Assembly (NCBI RefSeq): GCF_006345805.1
Contig: NC_042998.1
Span: 65,596,001 to 65,660,000 of the forward strand
DNA length: 64,000 bases
Direction of reading: 5' to 3'
From: Octopus sinensis
Taxonomy: Eukaryota
Shown here: positions 25,743 to 39,400 of the stretch, in pieces
Layout of the letters: the number at the start of each line of letters is the position of its first letter
Position numbering within the stretch: position 1 is the first letter of the stretch
Translations under genes and position numbers: made by a program
The notes under the pieces: model-generated
Told to the model about the DNA's origin: nothing
The model's database searches: none
Seen by the model: only the letters and a program-made list of their open reading frames with translations

Positions 25743-26706
25743 CACGAAGAAGCATTGGTTTAAAATTCATATATGCAAGCTTCTGTGCATATATATTAAC
25801 ATTATTAAATTATATCTAGCCTACATGATATAATAGACAGAAGGCTGTAAACTTTCTGTGGGGACAAATTTATCAGTAGAAGATATTGATATATATCTGA
25901 AAATCGACCATGCTCGTCGCGTATGGTACACGGTTTCTACGGGTTTTTACATAACTTTTTCGAAAATATTAAATACATTGGTCGACGATTATTTTAAGGG
26001 TTGGTAATTGCTTGTTAGAAAACATAACTTGAACTGTAGTTTATGCATATGTTGATTTTACACCATAAATTTTATGAGAATTGAATAGTATTATTGAAGT
26101 TGGGTAATTAATATTTTGTGCATAATTTGTAGTGCCATTTGGTACATCATAAAATCCATTAAGAAACACAGTATTGTCTATGGGTATTTAATTACGAAAA
26201 TGGTACTTGCTTGGGCTTGATAAATGATATTGGGAGGGGAAAAATTTGTTAGAGTTTAATTGAAGAAAAATGTAATGAAATATATTAATTAAAATAAATT
26301 ATATAGAATGTACGAATTCACCAATAAGAACATATACACTAATACACATGCACACTCACATATACACTCTTGTATTTATAAGTAAACATACACCTACATA
26401 AATACTGACACTCATATATATATATATGTGTATGTGTGTGTGTATGTATCTTTTAATTATCATGATTGGAAACATTTTGAATAGGCATATAGAAGCTTCA
26501 ATTGTATTATGTCGGCTACCGTTTTATGATATCAATTGGCATTGCACTGATCTCTACTGTTGTAATGCTTTATAATGATAAAGATAATAGCAACAACAAA
26601 AATAAAGATGTTAACAACAACAACAAAAACAATAATAACAACAACAATAATGATGATAACAACAACAACAGAAACAACAACAACGATACTAATAATATTA
26701 ATAATA

Positions 26707-27165
26707 AAGAATATAAGAGACGTCATGACAATATAGCAAGGATTGTCCATTAAACATTTTGACACAAGTGTGGACTTCACAGAGCAAATGTGTGGTAAGA
26801 ACATAAACCCGAAGGAATCATCGCAAATGATAATGCAAAGATCCTCTGGGATTTTATGATTCAGTGCAACCATGAGATAAGGAATAGGAAGCCGTACATA
26901 GTGTTAATTGGGAAAGAATGCAAACTATGTTGGATCATAGATATATCATACCCAGCTGAACACATGGTATGCGATAAGGAAGCAAGAAAAGTCGAGAGAT
27001 ATGAGAGGTTAGCTTGGGAGGCTAAGCAGTTGTGGTCAATCAAAACGATGGTAGTGGTACCAATAATTGTCGAAACCCTGGGAACAGTGAGTAAAAATCT
27101 TCAGAAGTACATTGAACCAATAGGGGCTGCAATAAGGGTGCAGCGCTTGTAGAACACAGCACGGT
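26707..27165 (+). mobile_element. Old R4/Dong REL-domain fragment after (AAC/AAT)n 26580-26706
   Basis: KRRHDNIARIVH*..KILWDFMIQCNHEIRNRKPYIV..IIDISYP..KVERYERL..VPIIVETLGTV. Confidence 0.8.
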
Positions 27166-27807
27166 ATAGATACACACAGACATATATAATCATGCAAAAA
27201 ATAACTTGAAATTATATACTTATTGTTTTGGCTAAATACCAGAGTTATATTTACGTACACCATTCGTATTTTTCCTACATATATTTGTTGTTTGCTTCTC
27301 ACTGAATCTACGAGGAAATGAAATAATATCAGATGCTAAACTTCATTCCTGATACATCAAGATATACAAAAGGCTTACATATCGATAATCATAGACACAT
27401 GCGTAACTGGATATAAATTTTCAAATGACTTCTGTTATAAATTCTCATTGCTATGCCAGACAATTGCATTTTATATGAACAACTTAGAGATGAAGAACAC
27501 ATTTTTAGAAATCAAATCGACTGCGGCAAATAAATTATAGTTGTGATTCCAATTCTCGTCTCCTATTTTGCACCTTCATCGTCTCAGCCATTATCTTTGG
27601 TTACCTGCCCTCCTCCAAACATATATCACTCTTTGATATGCCAAATATTATTGTTGCCATAGAAAAGCCGCATTAAATTTCTGCATTCAGAGATCGATAT
27701 AAGTTTTATTTATTTCTGTTATTATAAAATAAAACACTACCAGAATTAGAGTAATTTATTGCTTGTACTGTAATAATTATTATTATTATTATTACTATTA
27801 TTATTAA

Positions 27808-27850
<43 letters not shown>

Positions 27851-28964
27851 GGAATTTTGTTGGCGTTCTGAGTGTTGTTGATGCTCTCCTTCTTGCTGTT
27901 ACTCTTCTTTTATATTATCATTATTGATGTTTTGTTTTAACAATTTTTCTCTTTTCTTAATTTCATTTCAGGACGTTCTAAAATTTGCTCATACGATCAT
28001 TAAATTTGTGATTTAAAAAAAAAAACTCTTTCTTTGTATTTTTTAAAGTATTGTTCTTGGAAATTTAACTGGAAAGTTCATACTTTTTTGCAATGGAATT
28101 GAAATTGCAAACAAACATATGAAAAGTAATCATTAATAAGAAAGAATAAAAGAAAATAGTATAACTTTAAAAATCGATTTGATGAAATCTCGATTGTACA
28201 CACTGAAATAATACGATTACATAATACAGCTCCGTGAAACAAAAGTTTTTGATATATTTCTCTGTCTGCTTCATGAAATATTCCTTTAACATGCTTACAT
28301 TAATAGGGTAAAGTTAAATTCGCTACACAGTATAAATTCTATTTTAAGCATATCAATCTTTGCGGATGAAAGTTTTAAAAAACTGACAGTGATAGCTCGA
28401 TAGTGTTCCAATTATGATCAAATTAGATGATGAATTATGGTAGCAATAATTAACAGGGAAAAAAGAATTTTAAGTTGAGAAATTGTAAAAAATAACGCAC
28501 AAAATACTGTTGACTGAGAAATAAAGACGACGTTTTGGTCAGTAGCCTTTCATCAGCTATTGAAACTTTCGTGAGATTGTTAGTAGAAAAAGGCTACACA
28601 AGAAAGATGCTCGATCAGAAGTATATCATCTGCGAAGATCAAACAGCGAGCGTGATGATGAAGAAGTTGTTTGCTAATACAAGCAGGATATGTTTAGTTG
28701 AGAGGTAGGTGAGCGTGACAAGTGAAATTATGTAACTTAGAAAATGGTCGGAGAACATGAAACCACTGATATTATACAATCAAAGTATCAATTAGAGTCA
28801 TTCGTTGACTCACGCCATACCATTGGTACAGCAAATGCATTCCCTTCCGTTTTCCATTCAGCCACCGTGTAAACTCTGAGTAACACACGGTGCAGCACAT
28901 ATGAGGAACCCACCTCTTGTCTTGGTCTTATAGGCAATTCTTAATTTGGTGGCAATGTTTTTCC

Positions 28965-29142
28965 TCTGTACTTCAAAGGGCCTGCCTTGTCACACTCTTT
29001 GTCACGCTGAATCTCCTTGAGGACTACGTTAAGTGTACGCGTGTTTGTGGAGTGCTCAGCCACATACACGCTAATTTCTCGAGCAGGCTGTTCCGTTTAT
29101 CGGATCAACTGGGACCCTCGTCGTCGTAACTGACGGAGTACC
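28965..29142 (+). mobile_element. 3' half of the SINE at 5107-5490
   Basis: caaagggcc.gccttgtcact..gtggagtgctcagccac..gagcaggctgttccgtt..cctcgtcgt..gacggagt. Confidence 0.8.
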
Positions 29143-29789
29143 AAAGAAAAGTTCCCCTGATATGACACATTTTAATCCTATACGGCATTACTGTGTATAA
29201 CGTTTGTCTGTACTTAAAGATAAAAATTAATACAAGATATTGAGACGTGTTTCGGTCATCTTTAACCATGAACATATAAATCAAATGCATATCTGAAGGA
29301 TAATTTACTGCTTCCTTTCTCAAATGCTAAGCAAATTTGGAACAATTGATATAGTAAATTAGTCACATAGCATGAAAATTAAGAATTGATAATACTTAAT
29401 TTGTTATATTTGGAGTATTTTCAAAGATCATTTGATATTACATTTGGAAAGTAGAATGTCAGACCTTCTATAAAGAGAGACATCTGATAAATAGCTTTAT
29501 TAGTACGTAAGAATATTTAAAGAAATCAAACACGAAAATGATGGGTATATTTTAAAATAATTGCTTCGTGTTTGTTTATATATTACGATGTTAACATGAG
29601 GTAATATTTAACGGTAAAAATTTCATGTTTTAATTTACTGCTTTTTCTCCTTGTACGTAATGATAGATGGTATTGTTAATAATTTTTTTGTTTAATAAAT
29701 ATCTCTACATCTATTTAATGCTTTTCACATTGGAAATTCACCAAATGTTTGAGAGATATTGATGCGTTCGAAATATATACGAATCCGTT

Positions 29790-30006
29790 TGATGGCTTCA
29801 AGTTTTGGCACAATGCCAGCAATTTCTGCGTAGGGTTAAGTTGATTACATCGAAGTCAGATCTCATTTGGTATTTATTTTCTCAACTCCCCAATTAGGAA
29901 GGGCAAAGTCGAACTCGGCGAAGTTTGAACTCAGAACGTAAAAAACTGACGAAATGCCACGAATTATTTTGCACGAACTTCTAGCGATCCTGCCAGCTCG
30001 CCGCCT
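29790..30006 (-). mobile_element. Decayed SINE
   Basis: aagggcaaagtcgaactcggcgaagtttgaactcagaacgta matches 42400-42598 in reverse. Confidence 0.6.
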
Positions 30007-30064
30007 GCATGAATTCATGTATTGAATTCTTTTGTAATACATAACTTTAAATATTTATTTGCAA

Positions 30065-30668
30065 AATAACATATGCATTCATTCTACGCACATATTAAAA
30101 AAATAAGGTACATTATTTAGAGGGCAAGATTAAAGGTTTGCGGTTTATTTTATTTTATTTTTTTATCTGTGGTGGGATTTTGACTTTAAATGTTAAATGT
30201 ATTTAATATAATTTAAAAAGCTTTTAAAATTTAAAATTTAGCAGCTTTTAAAATATTAACATTAAAAAAAGACGACGGTATGAACTTAAAAATGGAAAAA
30301 ACTTTACGAAATAATGTCTAAATGTAACCACTCGACTTCGGGGATCGAGTGTGTATTGTGCCTTATTTGATCATTTTCATATTTTCATTTTCTTTTTCAT
30401 ATTTTTACTTCATTCGATTTTCTGTATTTTTATAATAAAAAATCAGGACGTTCGTGTTTCCTTCACGGGAGATTCCGTTCTCTGAGTGCTCTTGTGTTAC
30501 ATATTTTTTAAAAAATATCATATGCATTCATTTTACTTACATATCCCCCAAATAGCGTACATACTTATTAGGAGGGCAAGATTAAAGTTTTGCGCTTTTA
30601 TTTTGTATTTTATTTTTCTCTGTAATGGGATTTTGACTTTAAATGTTAAATATGTTCAATATAATTTT
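30065..30668 (+). repeat. ~150-bp degenerate direct repeat pair (30065-30215 and 30515-30668)
   Basis: catatgcattcatt..gagggcaagattaaag.tttgcg..gggattttgactttaaatgttaaat in both copies. Confidence 0.8.
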
Positions 30669-32479
30669 AGCATCAGATTTGTATTTAAAATTACTTCCAA
30701 AAATTACTTCCATCTTGCATCATGGCCCTGTACTTAATCCCTACCTATTTCTCTATCTCTGTGTATGTTTCTATTATTTTTCAGTTGGATATTGGCCTGC
30801 AAGTTAATATTCCTGCACTCTGTTTCTTGAGACGTTTTACACCTGTATGTTTATGTATTGCAAAGCATTTTATTTCTTGTTTATATTAAAAGAAAGTGAT
30901 ATTTTTGCCATATATTCATACAATATTTCAAAAGTGATTTTAATATCCACTGAAATGATATTGTTTCGGTTGTCTACTTTTAGTTTCTTTTGCCGTCAGA
31001 CAAGTTTTCATCAACTTTATAATCCGAATCACTTTTCTATGCGTTTATTTTTCTACATTATATCACTTTGACACGTAACAAGATTTTATTCTCAAAATCA
31101 CTTCGACTGGTCTTACATGTTTTATTTTCTCTCAAGTTCACTATATGATCAAAAACTTCATTGCTAACGGAGATTAAACCGATCCGTTTTCGTCCATGTT
31201 TACTCTATGGAAGTTTATTTCTTCTTACATAGTAAAAAAAAGCATCCGTTGACGATATACTTTTCTTAAGAGCTTACGTACACCCAAACAAAATAGTCTT
31301 TTAATTAAAATCATGTCAGTTTACCATTCAGTCGAGGAAGGTACATATAATGAAAAAAGAACACATAGCCAACATAAATGTATTTTATATCTTTGAGAAA
31401 TTACTTCGACTGAAAGAAGTGTTTTATTTTCTGTAGAAATATATTTAGAATATTTGGTTCGGAAAAAACGATATCCCATCCGTAAATGTATTCCTTCGGG
31501 TATGCATTTGTATTTGCACACACATGCGCGCACGCACACAGACACACTCACACTCACATATATATATATTATGATATACTATATATATATATATATATAC
31601 ATATATGTATATGTAAGTGCATTTGTGCATATATATATATATATATACTACCTATAAGCATATCATATAAAATACATTCATTTATAAACATACTTACGTA
31701 TACATGCATGCATATATGCAATCCAATGTTTATATGTAGGCAAATAGGCATGTGTGATCATGTATGTATGGTTATTTCGTCTCTTATCATTATTGGAATT
31801 TCTTCTCCACGGAAGACTATAATTAACACACACACAAAGTTTATTTGCAGACTTTCAGTTACCAGGAGAAAAGGTGTTACATTTAAAGGTTTTTGTACGA
31901 TGCTACAGATTGTATTTATAATAGGGAGTTAGCTAGACGCTTTCTTTCCGTAAATTCCTAGGTAACTTTTCTAGCTTTTTGATAATGTTTTAATTAAATA
32001 TTTAGCCATGTAATCAAACACACCCAATATTGCTTGTATAATTGTGACTTTAGAGTGTTGGTGGATAAATCACAAATTTATAATAACAGGAATAGAGTAT
32101 TCCTCTTTTACGCTAAGTTCAACATGGGAGATCCTATATGCAGGATAGATCTTAAGAAAATAATAATAATAATGTTAGGGTCAAAAATGAAAACTTTCTG
32201 AGAAAAATACTTGGCAACCGATGCGAAACACTATTGTTGAAATAATATTTGTAATTTTTATTCTTTCTAACACAAACTACCCAAGTATTAATGAAATCAA
32301 TGTTGCTTTTGATGATGTAAATATTAATAGTTTCAAATTTGGCACAATGTTCAAAAGAAGAAAAGGCTAAGACGACCCTAGTGAAGTCTGAACTCACAAT
32401 GTAAGGAGTTGGAAGAAATATTGCTGAGTTTTTCGTAAAACATCCTGACAATTCTACCATCTCGCCACTTTTATTAATC

Positions 32480-32705
32480 AGCATCATCATTATGATCATC
32501 ATTTATCATCAATTTTCCATGCTGGCACAAGTTGGGTTGTTTAACAAGAGCTGGCAAGGCTGGAGAGCTACATCAGGTTCCGATTGTCTGTTTTGCTATA
32601 GGTTCTATTCCTGGATACTCTTCCTAACAGCAACCACTTTATAGAGTGTACTGGGTCCTTCTTACATAGCACCAGTATAGCGGGTTACTTTTTATGGTCA
32701 CCAGG
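32480..32705 (-). mobile_element. Decayed copy of the (GAT)n-tailed SINE-like element
   Basis: catcat..ttttccatgctggca..ttcctaacagcaaccact is the reverse of motifs at 10440-10510. Confidence 0.55.
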
Positions 32706-33112
32706 TTTTCCACAGCAGTTATAATAGTTAAAATATACGTTATTTTAAGGCTGCTTATTTTTATACTCATTTACAAGTGTATATTTTAATTGCCTTGAGT
32801 GGAAGTTGATATTGATAAAGCCGTCCCTTAAATAGTAAAAGATATCAATAAGTATTATCTCTCAAGTTAAAATGTACGTCATGTTAGCGTAAGTCTTGTA
32901 CGGACGCTAATGTACACATATACATCTTATGAAAATGTATGTTGAAGATCATGTCCTTATTACGTACCGCTATAAAAAAAAAACGTTACAAATTATTAAA
33001 CAGAATTAATTATGTTAAACAGGTTGGGAAGAATTGAAGAAAGATGAAATACCATTTTATATAGTTTATTTATATACATTCATACGTATACTATTTTTCT
33101 AGCTAATTCTTA

Positions 33113-33809
33113 GTGAAAAAGGGTGCAGTTCAAATGAATGGTTAATTTTCTTTTGTGAGTGAGTGTCTGTGTGTGTGACTGTATATAACTGCATTAATGT
33201 GTGTGTGTGTGTATGTGTGTGCGTGATTGTGTTTATACATACATACATACACACACACATTAATGCAGTTATATACAGTCACACACACAGGCACTCATTC
33301 ACAAAAGAACATTTACCATTCATTTGAACTGCACCCTTTCACCTTCCTATTCTTATGCCTCTCTTCTCCTACTTCGTTTGAACCCTTGAACCTTTAGAAC
33401 CTTCTAGAATCTTCTACATCCAACCATTTTGACGTCACTCCTTATAAAGGAATTTTTTAAAGAGACACTCATTATCGTTATGGGCTCCGTGTGAGCAGTC
33501 ATCTAAAAGTGTTTTGTGCATCTTGATGTTGACATAAGTTCCTTGCTTTTCCTGATGAGAAAGCGACATAATATACTCCTTATTCCTTCGCAATCAGGAA
33601 TATGCAGCCTTCGAAACATATGTCGAAAATAAAGGAATTTTGTTAATTCGTCGTTCAACTCCATTCTTTCATATATTTATATTTAAAAAAAAACATACAA
33701 ATTTCCACACGAAAGCACGTAACTTCAAACGTGCCTTCTCTGATGTGAATTTGCTACCCAGGTATCGGTTAACCGAATTATCCATAACAAGATAATTCAT
33801 TCTAATATT

Positions 33810-33812
<3 letters not shown>
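33113..33812 (+). mobile_element. PLE pseudo-LTR insertion with inverted 5' segment
   Basis: 33113-33215 is the reverse complement of 33250-33342; the plus copy continues through the HHR to (TA)n at ~33813. Confidence 0.82.
33547..33629 (+). ncRNA. Type I hammerhead ribozyme
   Basis: UUUUC-CUGAUGA-GAA..UUC-GAAAC-AUAU-GUC-GAAAA; perfect stem I; stem II partly decayed. Confidence 0.75.
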
Positions 33813-33845
<33 letters not shown>

Positions 33846-34171
33846 CCATCCTTGTTATCTAGTCAACGTGTGCGTGTGGAGTAGGCAGAAATTATGTGAT
33901 AGTTTCAAGCGTAAAGTAGCTATTTTTAAAATCACATATCAACACTAACTTCTGCGTCTGTTAAAAATGGCATATTGGTACAAAGAAGGTATATCAGAAT
34001 AATATAGAAAACTGTATGCTTACATACATACATTCATACATAAATACATGCATATATACTTACATATATATGTGTGTGTAAATGTGTGTGTGTGCATGCT
34101 TGTATGTATGTATATATATATGTAAATATATGAATATATGTGCGTGCGTTTGAGAGTGTGTGCGCATGTAT

Positions 34172-34419
34172 TACTCTTACCCTTACTCTTAAATCTTTTA
34201 CTTCTTTCAGTCATTTGGCTGTGGTCATGCTGGAGCACCGCTTTTTAGTCCAGCAAATCAACCCCAAGACTTATACTTTGTAAGACTAGTACTTATTTTA
34301 TCGCTCTCTTTTCCCGAAGCGCTAAGATACGGGGACATAAAAACACTAGCATCGGTTGTCAAGCGATACTGGGGGACAAACACAGACACACAAACATATA
34401 CACACACATATACACATAT

Positions 34420-34477
<58 letters not shown>

Positions 34478-34648
34478 TATATATACGACGTACTTTCTTC
34501 AGTTTCCGTCTAGTAAATCTACTTGCAATGACTTGGTCGGCCCGAGGCTACAGTAGAAGACAATTGCTTAAGGCGCCACGCAGTGGGACTGAACCCGGAA
34601 GAATGTGGTTCATAAGCAAGCTACTTACCACACAGCCACGCCTATGCC
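34172..34648 (-). mobile_element. SINE family Y, full length
   Basis: Collinear with 24895-25355, including the internal microsatellite. Confidence 0.88.
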
Positions 34649-34854
34649 TATGTGTTTATGTCATCCAATAACAACACACTTATTTCGTCTTTTTACAGAA
34701 TGCCATCACTATTCTAGCGACTGTCTCTATGATGAGAATATATTTCTCCATGCATGTACATGCATATCTGTTTCTTCATTGTAATGTGAATGAGAAAGTT
34801 TTAACTCCAATGTATATCACATATTCAAAATGTTTTCTTTCTTTGTTTCCTCAG

Positions 34855-34920
34855 AAGATACATTTGCTTAAAAACGGATTATCAAGTTCTTTACTGTGAC
34901 AAGATGACGGAAACAAAACC
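34855..34920 (+). other. Candidate small exon (66 nt)
   Basis: Strong acceptor ttttctttctttgtttcctcag and donor CC|GTAAGA; the only open frame reads RYICLKTDYQVLYCDKMTETK. Confidence 0.3.
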
Positions 34921-36769
34921 GTAAGAAAGCAAGTTTTCCGTGCGAAAGTTGCCAACATGTTAGATTATATTACCTTTTAACAAGAGCCTCTCCTCTTTAT
35001 TTCTCTCAGCAGGAAAATCTAATGCTTACTTTTACTTGAAGCCACATCACAGATTTATTTCATCAGTTTTGAACAACACGTGCATATTTACGTGCCATGC
35101 ACAGGAAGTATATCAGCTATCAATGATCTGTGACTAAAATTGAGAACACATCCATTTTACATGTGTATATGTTATGTACAGAAAGAGAATTTTATGATAG
35201 TTATTCATTTCTACGATGATATCTTCAAGAAGGTTCTCGTTTCTATCGAGGACAGAGATTTAGTGAAAGGTAGAGAACAACTTCGTAGATCTGGCTACAT
35301 TCAGAGTAATCTTTCGTACTTAAAGTAATCATAAAACTGGTTTAAAGTATGTTCTCTTAAATTTACGGTAAACTTTCCCCAAGAGAAGTTGTAGCTGACT
35401 CAACACAGAACGATTGACAATAGTTAACCAGCTTCAGGATAAAAACGCCGATGTATTATTTCCCGATATCCTTTTCTGAATGTCAAAAGCTATGTTTTTC
35501 GACAAATTTGTGGCTGGCTTGAGCAACAAAACTTAGAACATTTGTGTATTTATTTTAAAGAGTGATGAAATATGATAAATATAGTGCTAAAAATTCAAAA
35601 CTTTTCCATCTGGTCTGAAATATTTTCTTACATTCGACATACTTACAATAACTCATATCAATATTTGTTCATATTTGTGCGAAACGGTAAAAGATTACGC
35701 TACGACATTGTAAGAGGAATCTCTATCTGGACAAATTTTCGACATCGTTAAACCAATTGATAAGTACAGTTCGATGGGAAATGATATATGGTGGGTGGCA
35801 ATTTAACATACGTATTATGTAATAATTACTTACAAAAATTACTATTGAATTTCAAAGAGCTTTTAAATGCAGCTCATATGTTTCGTACATAGTGGTGTTT
35901 GTGATATAAGGTATTGGAGGATATGAATCGATGTTCACCGTCATTATAAATCAGCAGACGTTATAAAACATTCTTAGTTGTTTTGTTCCTTTTGTACTTT
36001 ATTTAGTTTCATTTGTATGTATTTAGAGAGGGAAAATGAAAGAGGCCCCTTGTACACACACACACACAAGCACACACACACACACACACCACACACACAC
36101 ACACACACAACACACACACACACACACACATATATATGTATGTTTATTATGGATAATAAAATGAATAGTTTATACCTGGTTGCTTACTGGTAAAGCACAG
36201 TCACGTTCACAGTGATCGTTATGTATATGGCAAATGAAAGACGTTAGAAGGAATATATCAGAATTTATTAATCGCAACAATTCTTTCGATACTCAACAAC
36301 TGGTTCTGAAGCATCCATCGGTGTAGATGAATCTCTTCGGGGGATAAATAAATACAACTCGCAGTGTAACTTCTCGCTTTGAGAAACAAAAGCACCGAGA
36401 CGAGGGAAATATCTTCATTTATATAGAAGCTCAAAAATAAAATCACATATGGCAAAAAGAGGAACGCATACGGAATCTAGCGGGAACAATATTAAAAATA
36501 ACCGTTAACAAATATGGATGTATAAATGCCCTAAGGTAAGCTGTGTGGCGCGAGTACACTCGCTCATACAAGCATCCGCAAAAATGTGATCGTAAGCACA
36601 CATGAGGTTTGGAGCACTCATAATCACAAAGTGAGGTAGCTATCTACTTGGTGTTTATTAGGTAACTAGTGTTTGTAAGCGATTAGTCGAGAGAGGTCAC
36701 GCAGTATAGCGGTTTGATGTTGGTATTTCAGCGACGACTATTGGTTGGAAATCACCACATGCTGAACAG

Positions 36770-37980
36770 GATATATTCTCGATAATATCAACTCTGACAT
36801 CAGAAGGGCTACAAGGTTGACTCAATGGAACTCTAGCACAGCTGTAATAGATTTGTTCGGCGATATGAAGAATAAATCAGCTTGCAAATTCACCCAGTTC
36901 GACATTGTTGATTTCTACTTTTCATATCTAAGTCCCCCCTTCTAAAAGCCCTAGCTTTTTCTCGACAATTCACCAGCATTAGTGATCTTGGTCTCAGAAT
37001 TATCATGAATGCCAGAAAGTCAATTCTCGTCGAAAACGATTCCTATTGGGTGAAGAAAAAGCGACTCGTTGCTTGATGTCTCTATGGGGAGCTTTGACAA
37101 GGCTGAAATCGCCAACCTCGTCGGGTTATACATCTTGAATATCCTCAAGAGACGTACACATCCCAAGAGGTCGGCCTTCTATAGAGAGAATGGACTGGCT
37201 ATTTCAAACCATATGAATGACCACGGCATGGATATGTTGAGGAGGACTTGATCAACATATTAAAAGATTTTGGCCTATACATAACGGTTACTAAAACCTC
37301 AGAGCAGTCGATTTCTTAGAGGTGACCTTATACCTGAAGAAGAGCAAATAGCACCCCTACAGCAAGACTGATGAAGAAATGGTATGTATTCAAGTTATGC
37401 TCACTGCTTAAATTTGAAACCTGATTTTAGATTTTAACAAACAGCTTTCTAAACTCTCAGTCAACAAAGAGATCTATAATACGGCTGCACCCCTCTACAA
37501 TGATGCTTTGGGTACGAGTAGATTTTGTGAGCAGCTTACGTATGTGGACGATCCCCAAATACCGCAAAAGAATTAAGAAAATCATCCAACAACTTCCGAA
37601 ATCCTACTGCCTTCCCTCTAGACGTATCCTGAATCTGAATGATTGTAGTATACAGAGATACTTTTACACTATCCGATGGCATTACTAGGCACTATACGGG
37701 TATGACATTTAACGACTTCAGGGAAATATATTCCCAGCACTTGCATTCATTTAGATCCAGGCAAAGACAGAACTACACTTCTGTGTCGCACTTTCTCTGG
37801 AGACTTACTGACTTCCGAGACGAAACACCCAGCATCAAGTGGACTATTATTGACAAGGCTTTCCATTATTCACCCTGCACCACTATTTTCCAGCTGTGCC
37901 TCCATGAAAAGCTGCATATCATATACAAGCTCTCAGTATCTATGAACAAGATATATGAGCTACGTATTGCTGTCACCTGA
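36770..37980 (+). mobile_element. Decayed PLE (same broad clade as the 819-aa element), internally deleted
   Basis: DNINSDIRRAT..QW..FTQFDIVDFY, DVSMGSFDKAEIANLVGLYIL, then GIY-YIG remnant IVVYR..RHYTGMT..FLWRL..IKWTII..FQLCLHEK. Confidence 0.85.
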
Positions 37981-38627
37981 GGAAGAGACTTCTGGTAAAT
38001 TTCGACAACTCGGATTTACCTCCTTAATACCAGCCATACCGAACAACGCATGTACCAAGATCACCGTCACAAAGTAACCTCCATGAACAGTACCACAAAT
38101 CACCAATTTCCAACACTTTTCCATGCCTGTTTACCAGCATACTCTCACCCTTGTACATCACAGATTGTGCATGACTACACGAATATATGTGTGCGCGCAT
38201 GCATGTCCATGACTGCGCATATGCACCTGCTAACCGTATGCATGCGCATGGATGTGTGTGCGTAGGCGTTCATGTGCGTACGTGCGTGCCCATATACATG
38301 GACAATCGTGCTTCTGCATCTATATACACGTTCGCATGAGAGTGTGTGTGTGCGAGTGTGAGGGTGCTCGTGTGCATATGAACATTGAGATTGCGATCCC
38401 GTGTATGTGTACCTTCATGTGTATGCGTGTGTGTGCCTGTGTGTGCTTGTGTGTCTGTGTGTGTGTGCGCGCGAGCGCAGATGTATGCTTGTACATACTC
38501 GTATAAGTACGGATGCACGCACGTAGATATACGGGCATATACAAATATACACACACGCACAAACACACACACACAAACACACACACATGCACACACAAAC
38601 ACACACAAACACACACACACACACACA

Positions 38628-38681
<54 letters not shown>

Positions 38682-38789
38682 TTATTATCAATAATAATAT
38701 AGAGTAAAACTAATTAATCAATTAATAATTAATAATTCTACCAAGTAGTATTCGGCACGTTAAAAGGACCATTATCGGTAAACTTAAAC

Positions 38790-39400
38790 AATAATTTTTT
38801 ATAATTATGAGTATAATTATAATTAGAGTTTAGCAAAAAAAAAATTGCTTCACCACATACCGAAATTTAGAAATAGCAGCCAAAGAAACTAGCTATTTGT
38901 CTACCGTACGAAATTCTCCCAGATAACATATACTCAAAAACAATTCACGCAGGCAAAGAGGAAAAACAATGAAAATTGTTCTGTAGAATTTTTTTACTCG
39001 ACAACACACGTGGGTGGGTGAAGGAGAATGCGAGATCTCAATCGTATGTTTTGAATTCGTTGGTACTGGTCATTGGATATAGCTTGTCTGATGTTATTTG
39101 AATCGGAAGGTATGTTTTATCAGTGCTCTCAAATTTAAAATCTTGATATACTGAGCGAGAAGGATTGGAATGGAAATGCGATTTCATATCTATCTAACTC
39201 CGAAACGCGTCCACAGTTAATCAAATGCCGATTGAATTTCATTGTTTTTCCTCTTTGACTACGTAAATTGTTTTTGATTATATGTTATCTGGGAGAATAG
39301 CTAGTTTCTTTGGCTGCTACTTCTAAATTTCGGTATGTGGTGAAGCAAATTTTTTTGCTAAACATTAATTATAATTATACTCATGATTGTAAAAATTATT
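38790..39400. mobile_element. ~610-bp foldback/MITE-like element with long imperfect terminal inverted repeats
   Basis: gagtataattat..ttgcttcaccacataccgaaatttagaa.tagcagccaaagaaactagct is mirrored at 39296-39400; no ORF; partial second copy at 44865-45330. Confidence 0.75.

Noticed and set aside
34855-34920. Calcitonin-receptor-like ectodomain (Y.C......YC)
   Set aside because: The WDG..CW motif that should follow the second Cys is absent.
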